Source of the DNA: an uncultured Clostridium sp.
GTDB lineage: Bacteria > Bacillota > Clostridia > TANB77 > CAG-508
Assembly (NCBI GenBank): GCA_945865665.1
Contig: CAMBEE010000002.1
Coordinates: 57,961 to 121,960, forward strand
Direction: 5' to 3'
DNA: 64,000 nt
Position numbers and translations under genes: made by a program. The notes under the pieces are model-generated. The model saw only the letters and a list, made by a program, of their open reading frames with translations. It searched no databases and was not told where the DNA came from. The number at the start of each line of letters is the position of its first letter. The first letter of the stretch is position 1. Below, piece after piece: positions 27,198 through 35,700 of the stretch.

Positions 27198-27926
27198 ATG
27201 AAAAACAATACAAAATTAAAATCAATTATTGCAATTGCTTTAATTATGATGATAATAGCATTATGTACAGGAGTAAATGCAGCAACAGGGGAGGCATATT
27301 CAGTAGGAATGTCATTAACAAGTAATTCAAAACTAAATGCAGGAGACACAGTAACAGTTAGTGTTAACTTAACAAGTGTAAATGCAGGAAATGGTATTGA
27401 TACAATTACAGCAGAATTAGATTATGATACTAATGTATTTGAAGCAATATCATCATCAGATTTTACAGCAAGTAGCGGTTGGAAAGCACCATCATATGCA
27501 GCATCATCAAAAATGTTGACATTACAAAAAGATTCTAAAGTAAAAGCTGCAGAAACAGTTTTCACAATAAGCTTAAAAGTTAAGAATCCAGTTAATGTTG
27601 ATTCAACAAAAATAAGCTTAAAAGACATAACAGCATCAGGTGGTAGAGTATCAGATGGTGGAACAGGTGATATAACAGTAAATAATGCATCTGTAACAAT
27701 TAGCAAAACTAAAGATGCATCAAGCAACACAGAAACACCAACACCAACTCCAACACCATCAACAACTACAAACAATACTACTGTAAAAGATACAACAACT
27801 ACAAAAAAGACAACATTACCAAAAACAGGGTTAGGACAAGCTGGAGTTATAGCAATAGTAGTTGTAGCAATAATAGGAATATTTAGCTATGCTTTATATA
27901 AAAAAATTGCAAAAGATGTAAAATAA
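27198..27926 (+). CDS. LPXTG cell-wall-anchored cohesin-domain protein (candidate anchoring scaffoldin)
   Basis: Signal peptide (…CTGVNA/A). Cohesin-like YSVGMSLTSNSKLNAGDTVTVSVNLTSVNAGNGIDTITAELDYDTNVFEAI. TPTPTPTPSTTT linker. LPKTG (27816-27830) followed by a hydrophobic helix and a KKIAKDVK tail. Confidence 0.85.
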   Translation: MKNNTKLKSIIAIALIMMIIALCTGVNAATGEAYSVGMSLTSNSKLNAGDTVTVSVNLTSVNAGNGIDTITAELDYDTNVFEAISSSDFTASSGWKAPSYAASSKMLTLQKDSKVKAAETVFTISLKVKNPVNVDSTKISLKDITASGGRVSDGGTGDITVNNASVTISKTKDASSNTETPTPTPTPSTTTNNTTVKDTTTTKKTTLPKTGLGQAGVIAIVVVAIIGIFSYALYKKIAKDVK

Positions 27927-27938
27927 AACATATAGATA

Positions 27939-27966
27939 AAAACTGAGAGCAAAATCTCAGTTTTTT
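27939..27966 (+). terminator. rho-independent terminator
   Basis: aaaactgaga-gcaaaa-tctcagtttttt. Confidence 0.7.
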
Positions 27967-28113
27967 ATGTTAGAAATTCTTTTTAAACGCAATGAACAAA
28001 TATAATGTCAAATATATAGCCATTAAATGAGCACATTGCACATCAATTATTTTGCATAAACCATAAATTATAACATGAAAAATCGACCGAGGAGTTCAAA
28101 TAAAAATTAGGTA

Positions 28114-28142
28114 TTGAAAAAACAAAAAATTTCCTATATAAT
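28114..28142 (+). promoter_or_regulatory. sigma-A type promoter
   Basis: TTGAAA (28114-28119), 17-nt spacer, TATAAT (28137-28142), ~30 nt before the acyl-CoA ligase start. Confidence 0.5.
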
Positions 28143-28172
28143 ATAAAAGTAAAAAATTAAATAAAAGAGGTA

Positions 28173-30029
28173 ATGAAAATGGGATTACGAGACATAAAAG
28201 TTCCAAAGATGAAATTTAAAAAAATGAAAATGGACGTAATGGAAGAATTAGAAGAAATTGATTATGAAAAATTAGAAAAGAAGAATTTAAAGAAAAAAAG
28301 AGAAACACCATATGAAGATATGACACACTACAAAACAGTAAAAGAATTCTTTTTAAATTCAGCAGAAAAATATCCAGATGAAGACTGTATATTAGAAAAA
28401 CCAGATCACAAAACTCCATATAAAATAACAACATACAAAGAATTTAAAGAAGACGTATTTGGTTTAGGAACAGCATTAACAAATGTCTTAAACCTAAGAA
28501 ATAAAAGAGTAATCATAATTGGAGAAACACAATACGGATGGTATGTATCATATATGGCAATGCTATGTGGTGTAGGAATTGCAGTACCAACAGACAGAGA
28601 ATTACCATTAAATGAATTAGAAAATATAGTAAGAAGATCAAGAGCATCAGCAATAATATATTCACCTAGAAAAGCAGAAGACATCAAAAAAATAAAAGAA
28701 GACATTCCAGAAGTAGAATATTTTATTGAAATGAAATCAGAAAACAAACTAGAAGACAAACATGTTGGATTACAATATTTGATTGATTTAGGAAAATCAA
28801 TAATAAAATCAGGAGATAGTAGCTTTGAAAAAATAGAAATAGATCCAGAAGAATTCAAAATACTATTCTTCACATCAGGAACAACATCAAATGCAAAAGG
28901 AGTAATGCTAAACAACAGAAACCTAGCAGAAAACATCAATGCAGTAACAGCATATGTAAAACTATATCCAATAGACATGCTATTTTCAGTATTGCCATTA
29001 CATCACTGCTATGAATCAACAATAGGATTTTTACTACCAATGGCAACAGGAGCATCAGTAGCAGTATGTGAAGGTTTAAGATACATAGTACCAAACTTAC
29101 AAGAAGCACACCCAACAGCAATTTTAACAGTACCATTATTAGTAGAAAGTCTATACAAAAAAATAAATGAAAAAATAGTAAAAAGCAAAAAAGACAAAAT
29201 GGTAAACACAATGATATCAGTAACAAACGCACTAAAAGGAGCAGGAATAGACATCAAGAAAAAAGTATTCAAAGAAATATATGACAACTTAGGAGGAAGA
29301 CTAAGAATCATAGTATCTGCAGCAGCACCAATAGATAAAAAAGTTGGTAGCTGGCTTGAAGATATTGGAATCACATTCTTACAAGGATATGGACTAACAG
29401 AAACTGCACCAATAGCAGCATTAACACCAGAATATAAGCCATGTGTAGGTTCAGCTGGTAAAGCAATAGTTCAAGCGGATATTAAAATAAAAGACCCAAA
29501 CGAAAACGGAGAAGGAGAAATCTTGATAAAATCACCAACTTTAATGTTAGGATATTATGAAGATGAAGAAGAAACTAAAAAGGTAATAGACGAAGACGGA
29601 TACTTCAATGCTGGTGATATCGGATATATAGATGAAGATGGATACATTTTTATAACAGGAAGAAGCAAAAACGTTATAGTAACACAAAATGGAAAAAATA
29701 TATATCCAGAAGAAATCGAAATGCTATTAGACAAAGTAGATGAAATAAAAGAATCTATGGTTTATGGAAAAAAACCAGAAGCAAATAGCAGAAGAGAAGA
29801 AAAAGAATTGATTATTACTGCAAGGGTTATTCCAGATTATGACAAAATCAAAGAACTACATGGAGAACTTTCTGATAAAGAAATTTATGATGTGATTTGG
29901 AAAAATATTAAAGAAGTAAATAAAAAATTGACTTCGTACAAAGCAGTTAAGGCTCTTGAGATTAAAGAGGGCGAGTTTGAAAAAACTTCTACTATGAAAA
30001 TTAAGAGATATAAGGAATTGAATAAATAG
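28173..30029 (+). CDS. AMP-binding long-chain fatty-acid--CoA ligase family protein
   Basis: FFTSGTTSNAKGVML (AMP-binding motif I), GYGLTETAP, GDIGYIDEDGYIFITGRSKN, C-terminal …MKIKR. The start could be the ATG at 28179. Confidence 0.85.
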   Translation: MKMGLRDIKVPKMKFKKMKMDVMEELEEIDYEKLEKKNLKKKRETPYEDMTHYKTVKEFFLNSAEKYPDEDCILEKPDHKTPYKITTYKEFKEDVFGLGTALTNVLNLRNKRVIIIGETQYGWYVSYMAMLCGVGIAVPTDRELPLNELENIVRRSRASAIIYSPRKAEDIKKIKEDIPEVEYFIEMKSENKLEDKHVGLQYLIDLGKSIIKSGDSSFEKIEIDPEEFKILFFTSGTTSNAKGVMLNNRNLAENINAVTAYVKLYPIDMLFSVLPLHHCYESTIGFLLPMATGASVAVCEGLRYIVPNLQEAHPTAILTVPLLVESLYKKINEKIVKSKKDKMVNTMISVTNALKGAGIDIKKKVFKEIYDNLGGRLRIIVSAAAPIDKKVGSWLEDIGITFLQGYGLTETAPIAALTPEYKPCVGSAGKAIVQADIKIKDPNENGEGEILIKSPTLMLGYYEDEEETKKVIDEDGYFNAGDIGYIDEDGYIFITGRSKNVIVTQNGKNIYPEEIEMLLDKVDEIKESMVYGKKPEANSRREEKELIITARVIPDYDKIKELHGELSDKEIYDVIWKNIKEVNKKLTSYKAVKALEIKEGEFEKTSTMKIKRYKELNK

Positions 30030-30072
30030 TAATTTTAATTAAATTATAAAATAATATAAAGGGGAATGTATA

Positions 30073-30723
30073 ATGAAAAAGAAGATATTAATATCAATTA
30101 TAGTATTAGTATGTGTATGCATATTAGTAGGAATTACGTTTTTTGTATTTAGAAAAAAAGCAGAAAATAATTCTGCTCAAAATGCGACAAGTAATACAGT
30201 AAGCAAAAATGAAAGTAAATCAACAAATAATTCAGAAAAATCAAACAAAAATACAGGAGACGAAAAATATAAATTAAGATCATATACATCAAGTAAAACA
30301 TTTTATATAACAGGACCAGAAGGATATACATATAATGACAAAAGAACAGGCACAATGGATTCAAGAGCAGAATTTAGAAAAGATAATTCAAGTTTTGTAT
30401 ATAGCTTTGAAGAAGAAGAAATAAACGAATATGTAGAAACTAAGAAAAAATCAACATATGGAAGACGTGAAGGATCAAATTATTATAAAGATTTAACATG
30501 GCAAGATGCAAAAACAATAACTGTTAATAATAATGAAGTTACATATGTAAAAGTAACTTATAATGACGGTTCAAAATATCATAATGAAATTTATTCAATT
30601 TCAAAATCAAGTGGATGGTTAATTAGTTGTGAAATAACTCAATCATCTGATTCAGATAACTTTGAAGAAGATGGCCAAATCTTAAAAGAAGCATGGGAAA
30701 TTTCATTCACAACGGAAAAATAA
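30073..30723 (+). CDS. hypothetical membrane-anchored/secreted protein
   Basis: 216-aa ORF with RBS GGGG, an N-terminal hydrophobic helix and an S/N-rich linker. No recognisable motif. Confidence 0.6.
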   Translation: MKKKILISIIVLVCVCILVGITFFVFRKKAENNSAQNATSNTVSKNESKSTNNSEKSNKNTGDEKYKLRSYTSSKTFYITGPEGYTYNDKRTGTMDSRAEFRKDNSSFVYSFEEEEINEYVETKKKSTYGRREGSNYYKDLTWQDAKTITVNNNEVTYVKVTYNDGSKYHNEIYSISKSSGWLISCEITQSSDSDNFEEDGQILKEAWEISFTTEK

Positions 30724-30914
30724 TATAAAAAGTTATGAAAGTATATAAAAAACTTTTATAACTTTTTTATATTATAAGAAAGTTATCCGAACTTCTTATA
30801 ATATAAATACTTTGCACAGAAATTTGCATAAAGCAAATTTCGCGCGCGAACAAAGAAGCGGACTTAAAAAAATCTTAATAAGTGATAATGTTATTAATGT
30901 CCGCTTTTGTTCTA

Positions 30915-30942
30915 ATAAAAAAACATCTACAAAATGTAGATG
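30915..30942 (-). terminator. rho-independent terminator of the tRNA
   Basis: On the minus strand, catctac-loop-gtagatg is followed by TTTTTTT. Confidence 0.65.
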
Positions 30943-30952
30943 CTAAAATTTT

Positions 30953-31028
30953 TGGTTGCGGGGGATGGACTCGAACCACCGACCTCAGGGTTATGAGCCC
31001 TGCGAGCTGCCAACTGCTCCACCCCGCG
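30953..31028 (-). tRNA. tRNA-Met (CAU), initiator type, CCA encoded
   Basis: The reverse complement reads CGCGGGGTGGAGCAGTTGGCAGCTCGCAGGGCTCATAACCCTGAGGTCGGTGGTTCGAGTCCATCCCCCGCAACCA. It is 76 nt and shows the cloverleaf, the three G-C pairs closing the anticodon stem, and the CGCGGGG…CCCCGCA acceptor typical of tRNA-fMet. Confidence 0.9.
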
Positions 31029-31044
31029 ATGTGTTGACTAGTAT

Positions 31045-31074
31045 ATTATACATCCTAAAGAACGAATTTGTCAA
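31045..31074 (-). promoter_or_regulatory. sigma-A promoter of the tRNA
   Basis: Minus strand TTGACA (31069-31074), 18-nt spacer, TATAAT (31045-31050). An A/T-rich UP-like tract lies upstream. Confidence 0.6.
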
Positions 31075-31257
31075 TAGTTTTGAAAAAATTTCCAAAAATT
31101 TCCGTTAATAATTGTAAAACAATAATATATATGATAATATTTAACTATAAGAAATGGCTCATTTGGAAGTTATACATCAAACGAAGTAAGCCAAAGTCTA
31201 AGTTATCTGTAACTCATTTCCAAAAGAGCAGTAATAAAAGAGTGAAATGGAGAAAAA

Positions 31258-32163
31258 ATGAAATTTTTAGAAGAAAAATTAGAAAAACAATATGGAAAAA
31301 AAATCACAAAAGAAATAATAGAAGGATATCAAGAAAAAAGAAAAACAACACTAAGAATAAACACAATAAAAAGCAACATAGAAGAAATAAAAAATGAACT
31401 AGAAAAAGAAAAAATAGAATATGAAACAGTAAAATGGAGCAAAGAAGCACTAATAATAAAAAATGCAGACGAAAAAACAATACAAGAAATGGAAATATAC
31501 AAAAACGGAAAAATCTATTTGCAAAGTCTATCATCAATGTTACCACCAATAATACTAGAACCACAAGAAGGAACAGACATATTAGACATGGCGGCTGCAC
31601 CAGGAGGAAAAACAACACAAATAGCTGCAATTACAAATAACAAAGCACACATAACTGCATGTGAAAAAAACAAAATAAGAGCAGAAAGATTAAAATACAA
31701 TGTAGACAAACAAGGAGCAACATGTGTGTTCATAATGCCAAAAGACTCAAGATTTATAGACGACTTTTTCTCATTTGACCAAATTTTGTTAGATGCACCA
31801 TGTAGCGGAAGCGGAACATTAGACTACAATGATGCAAACATAGAAAAATATTTTACAGAACAGTTAATAGAAAGGTCATCAAAGACACAAAAAACATTAT
31901 TAAGCAAAGCAATAAAATTACTAAAACCAGGGCACGAAATGATATATTCAACATGCTCAATATTAGATTGCGAAAACGAAGATGTTGTGGCATCAGTTAT
32001 AAAAAACGGAAACATAGAAATTGTTCCTATAAACTTTGATGGAATGGAAAAATTACCAATACTTCCAACAAAAATTCTGGGAACTTTATGTGTGAAACCA
32101 ACGGATTTATATGAGGGATTCTTTGTTGCAAAAATAAGAAAAAAAGGTAAGAATTTTTTATAG
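31258..32163 (+). CDS. RsmB/NOP-family class I SAM-dependent RNA m5C methyltransferase
   Basis: DMAAAPGGKTTQIA (SAM motif I), LLDAPCSGSGT (motif IV, catalytic Cys), YSTCS (motif VI Cys). Confidence 0.85.
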   Translation: MKFLEEKLEKQYGKKITKEIIEGYQEKRKTTLRINTIKSNIEEIKNELEKEKIEYETVKWSKEALIIKNADEKTIQEMEIYKNGKIYLQSLSSMLPPIILEPQEGTDILDMAAAPGGKTTQIAAITNNKAHITACEKNKIRAERLKYNVDKQGATCVFIMPKDSRFIDDFFSFDQILLDAPCSGSGTLDYNDANIEKYFTEQLIERSSKTQKTLLSKAIKLLKPGHEMIYSTCSILDCENEDVVASVIKNGNIEIVPINFDGMEKLPILPTKILGTLCVKPTDLYEGFFVAKIRKKGKNFL

Positions 32164-32242
32164 ACAATACAATATATATTAAAAATTATTAAAATTATCC
32201 ACAAAAAGAGATATAATTGTGGAAAAGAAATGGGAGATTTTA

Positions 32243-32716
32243 ATGGATTTAACAATTGATGTAGAAAACTACAAATTAAATGTAAGAGCAGCAGGAATAA
32301 TAACTCATAATGGAAAAATGTTAGTACACAGAAATATAAACTCTGACCACTACGCTTTAATAGGAGGCAGAGTTGAGATAGGAGAAGACTCAGCCACAAC
32401 AGTAAAAAGAGAAATAAAAGAAGAACTAGGAAAAGAAATTGAAATAACAGGATATATTGCAACAATTGAAAACTTTTTCGAAATGAAAGAGTCAAAATAT
32501 CATGAAATAATGTTTATACATAAAGTAGAATTTACAGATGAGGATGACAAAAAAATAGAATGCACAATGAAAAATATTGAAGGAAAAGACTATTTACAAT
32601 ATGAATGGCTTGATTTGAAACAAATAGACGAGTACCCATTGCTACCAACAGCTGTAAAAGATATTTTGAAGGAAAATAAATTTCCAGTCCACAAAATAAA
32701 CAATGATTTAAAATAA
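32243..32716 (+). CDS. NUDIX hydrolase
   Basis: Nudix box GGRVEIGEDSATTVKREIKEELG. The start is moved to ATG 32243 (RBS GGGAG at 32232-32236). It is a paralogue of the first domain of 53957-54871. Confidence 0.85.
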   Translation: MDLTIDVENYKLNVRAAGIITHNGKMLVHRNINSDHYALIGGRVEIGEDSATTVKREIKEELGKEIEITGYIATIENFFEMKESKYHEIMFIHKVEFTDEDDKKIECTMKNIEGKDYLQYEWLDLKQIDEYPLLPTAVKDILKENKFPVHKINNDLK

Positions 32717-32736
32717 ATATAAAGAGAGTGTGAACA

Positions 32737-33120
32737 ATGAAAGTTTTAACGATAAAACAACCTTGGGCAACATTGATAATGCAAGGAGATAAAAGATTTG
32801 AATTTAGAAGTTGGCAAACAAAATATAGAGGAGAACTGCTAATTCATGCAGGAAAAGGAATAGACAAAGAAGCAATGAAAAGATTATCAAAATATATTCC
32901 AAAAAATTTACCTGCAGGAAAAATATTAGGAAAAGTAACATTAGTCGACTGTATAAAATGTGATGAGAACTTTAAAGAAAAGTGCTTAAAAGAAAATAAA
33001 GATGTTTATGCTAAAAGTACATTTGTTGAAAAATTTGCATGGCAGCTGGAGAATGTAGAAGTATTTGATGAACCAATTGATGCAAAAGGAAAATTGAGCT
33101 TGTGGGAGTATGAAATATGA
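32737..33120 (+). CDS. ASCH (PUA-like) domain protein
   Basis: MKVLTIKQPWATLIMQGDKRFEFRSWQTKYRGELLIHAGK is the characteristic ASCH N-terminal signature. Confidence 0.75.
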   Translation: MKVLTIKQPWATLIMQGDKRFEFRSWQTKYRGELLIHAGKGIDKEAMKRLSKYIPKNLPAGKILGKVTLVDCIKCDENFKEKCLKENKDVYAKSTFVEKFAWQLENVEVFDEPIDAKGKLSLWEYEI

Positions 33121-33129
33121 GGGTGAAAA

Positions 33130-34128
33130 ATGGAGGAATATAAAGGAAGAATAAATGTATCAAAAGATACAATGTTATTTGTAACTAATTATGTATTAGA
33201 AAATGAAATAAAAGAAAGTACAACAAAAGAGAATATATTAAAACTAATGCCAGAAATATATGAAAAAGCAGACTCAAAAGAAATAATAAAAATGCTACCA
33301 TACGAGACATATAAAGCATTAGAAGATTTAATAAAATATATAAAAACAAGTAATGATATAACAAAATTTTATTATAAAACAGAACATACAGATGTAAGAT
33401 ATTTAGAAAAAGCATTGATAATAGTCATGAGAGCAAAGAAAAATAAACATGAGTACCAACTAAATCCAGGGGTTATAGAGAAAATAGAAAAGATTTTCTC
33501 AAAGGAGAATAAAGAAATAGCAAAAAGATATGGAAAGATTGAAAAACTAACAAAAGGAATGCTTTATTCATATGGAGTAGTAGAATTTGAATTTTTTAGA
33601 AAACAAATTTGCAAATATATGAATGAAATTATTACAGAGGATGAACTATACGACTTATATTTTAAAAGACTTAATCTAAATCTTGATGTGAATTATTACA
33701 ATGTGAGATGGATGAATGATAATGAAAAACAGGATTTTATAACATATTTGGACAAGGAAGAAGATTCACAAGTGATAGGCTTTATTGCTAATCAACAAAA
33801 ATCCAGAAGGTTAAATTATAAAGTTTTTACAAAAGAAGAAATACTAAGTAGAGCTGAATACTTGTGGGATAAATCAACACAAGAATTATTTCAATATTTA
33901 AAATCACTAAATGAAGACATTTTGGAATATCCATTTCAAAGAATTATTAAAAGAAATGAATTTGGAGAAAAAATATTAAAGAAATTGCTGGATTATTGTA
34001 ATTTTAAAAATGAAAATGATGTTGCAGATTTTATGAAAATTTTCTTGACATGGTATAATAATAGCCCGCAGTATGTTTTAGGGGGATATTCTCCGGTTGA
34101 ATTTATGATTCAACAGAATGATATTTAG
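33130..34128 (+). CDS. hypothetical helical protein (332 aa)
   Basis: Starts 9 nt after the ASCH gene. No family recognised. The last ~25 aa (WYNNSPQYVLGGYSPVEFM) resemble the YN..RPH..LGY.(S/T)P.EF tail of DDE integrase-fold proteins, but the rest does not. Confidence 0.6.
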   Translation: MEEYKGRINVSKDTMLFVTNYVLENEIKESTTKENILKLMPEIYEKADSKEIIKMLPYETYKALEDLIKYIKTSNDITKFYYKTEHTDVRYLEKALIIVMRAKKNKHEYQLNPGVIEKIEKIFSKENKEIAKRYGKIEKLTKGMLYSYGVVEFEFFRKQICKYMNEIITEDELYDLYFKRLNLNLDVNYYNVRWMNDNEKQDFITYLDKEEDSQVIGFIANQQKSRRLNYKVFTKEEILSRAEYLWDKSTQELFQYLKSLNEDILEYPFQRIIKRNEFGEKILKKLLDYCNFKNENDVADFMKIFLTWYNNSPQYVLGGYSPVEFMIQQNDI

Positions 34129-34171
34129 AGATTAAAAGAATTAAGGACAGTGTGAGGAAGAGATAGATATT

Positions 34172-34218
34172 GGCTCATAACCCGAAGGTCGTAAGTTTGA
34201 GTCTTACCCCCGCAACCA
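34172..34218 (+). other. tRNA-Met 3' fragment (anticodon loop to CCA): attL of the integrative element
   Basis: GGCTCATAACCCGAAGGTCGTAAGTTTGAGTCTTACCCCCGCAACCA. It has no matching 5' half or D-arm upstream, and the T-loop reads TTTGAGT (the near-invariant C56 is replaced). Confidence 0.75.
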
Positions 34219-34312
34219 AAGAATTAATACTTACAGTTTCAACGACTGTGGGTATTTTTTTATGCCTTTAAAATGGTTGCAATAATGGTTAAAAATGATA
34301 ATATTATGTCGA

Positions 34313-34335
34313 ATTGGGTAAAAATTGGGTAAAAT
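34313..34335 (+). repeat. tandem 11-mer (ATTGGGTAAAA x2), candidate integrase arm-type site, left end
   Basis: The identical 23-mer recurs at 53638-53660. A single copy is at 50131-50142. AAATACC-N2-AAATACC follows at both ends. Confidence 0.6.
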
Positions 34336-34506
34336 AAATACCTCAAATACCCGAAATTCTAATAAAAATTCAATAAAAAATTTACTATAAATTTATTAAA
34401 ATCTTCAAGTAAAAAACTTTTGGGAAAGAGATATACAATCTCAAAGTTTTTTACTTTTTAATATCGTGAAAATTTGTAATTTGTGAAAATTAGAAAAAAG
34501 TACAAA

Positions 34507-35700
34507 TTAAGACCTTGTTGGTAATAATAAGTTTTCTAGTGCATAGCCAGCTTTTCTATTATGAGAAAGTAGTGGATGCACATAAAAGTCAAGTGTAGTA
34601 CTTATTTGTGCATGACCTAGTCTCGCAGAAATTACTGCTATATCAATGTTTTGTGCAACTAGTAAACTTGCATTTGTATGTCTTAATCCGTGAAAATTAA
34701 TTACAGGTAATCCTATTTGACCAACATATTTAACAAACCATTTGCTAATTGTAGAAGGATGCATTGGTTTGCCATCTGCTTGTACAAATAACCTATCAGA
34801 ATCCGTCCATAATTCGCCGTAAATCGATTTTTGTTCTTCATACCATAACTTATATTCCTCAAGTAAAGAAATGATAAATTCAGGTATTGCAATTTCTCTA
34901 ATGGAACTTTCTGTTTTTGGAACTTTTGTGAAAACTCCCATATCTGCTAGATACTGACTAGAGCGATTAATACTGATTATTCCATTTTTAAAATCAACAT
35001 CTGTCCATTCTAATCCCATTAATTCACCTAAACGAACACCAGTAAATACTGTAAGAATGATTGCAACTTTGTACTTAGTATCTTCATTAGGTAATAGTTC
35101 TAAATTTTCTAGTAATATTTTAGTTTGCTCATCATCATAAGATCTTCTTTTTGGTTTCCTAGCTTTAGGTGGTTGAACACGTTCAGCAGGATTTGCCACT
35201 ATTAATTGCCAATAAACAGCTTTATGAAGCATTGCTCTTAATAATCTGTGATGTTCTAAGATTGTTTTACCAGATAAGGGTTTTTTAGTTTTTGCACCAT
35301 TGTTGCCTTGTTTTCTAACTAATTGAGTATCTTTTTCAAGTAAGTCATAGAATTTCATAATGTCTGTTGGTTTAATTTTGTTGATATAGAAATGCCCAAA
35401 GTATGGTAAAAGTCTTGTTTCTAGCATTCTGCAATATCTTTTATATGTTGATGGAGCAAGTTCTTTTGAACCATAATCTCTTTTCCATATTTCGGTAAAT
35501 TCAGAGAATTTAAGAGATTTACCATCAATTACTAAACCATTCTGTACTTCAGTAACAAATTTTGCTAGTTCAACTTCTGCATCTTTTTTAGTTCCGTGTA
35601 CCGTTTTTCTGTGTATCATAGGTTTTCCGTTTAGGTCAAATCCTTCAGATACTGTTAGCCTGTAACTATTTTTTCCTCTTTTTTCTATACTCCCAGCCAT
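34507..35700 (-). CDS. int: tyrosine-type site-specific integrase
   Basis: N-terminal MAGSIEKRGKNSYRLTV (AP2/SAM-like arm-binding domain). Catalytic region …GVRLGEL…HGLRHTNASLL…LGHAQISTTLDFYVH (R…HxxR…H…Y). Confidence 0.9.
   Translation of the reverse strand: MAGSIEKRGKNSYRLTVSEGFDLNGKPMIHRKTVHGTKKDAEVELAKFVTEVQNGLVIDGKSLKFSEFTEIWKRDYGSKELAPSTYKRYCRMLETRLLPYFGHFYINKIKPTDIMKFYDLLEKDTQLVRKQGNNGAKTKKPLSGKTILEHHRLLRAMLHKAVYWQLIVANPAERVQPPKARKPKRRSYDDEQTKILLENLELLPNEDTKYKVAIILTVFTGVRLGELMGLEWTDVDFKNGIISINRSSQYLADMGVFTKVPKTESSIREIAIPEFIISLLEEYKLWYEEQKSIYGELWTDSDRLFVQADGKPMHPSTISKWFVKYVGQIGLPVINFHGLRHTNASLLVAQNIDIAVISARLGHAQISTTLDFYVHPLLSHNRKAGYALENLLLPTRS

Noticed and set aside
8476-27926. Interpretation as a classical cellulosome
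   Set aside because: No glycoside hydrolase, carbohydrate esterase, CBM or SLH modules were seen in the cluster or its flanks. The dockerin-bearing proteins carry adhesin-type domains instead.
31068-31397. 109-aa lysine/arginine-rich plus-strand ORF overlapping the tRNA promoter and the RsmB-like gene start
   Set aside because: It is an out-of-frame read of an A-rich region and overlaps a motif-supported methyltransferase gene. The sequence is low-complexity K/R/N.
34151-34218. Possible full-length tRNA at the island's left border
   Set aside because: Only 68 nt are available and there is no D-arm. The acceptor 5' strand (tgtgagg) mispairs, the anticodon-stem 5' strand does not pair, and the T-loop lacks C56. 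It is treated as a 3' fragment / att site.
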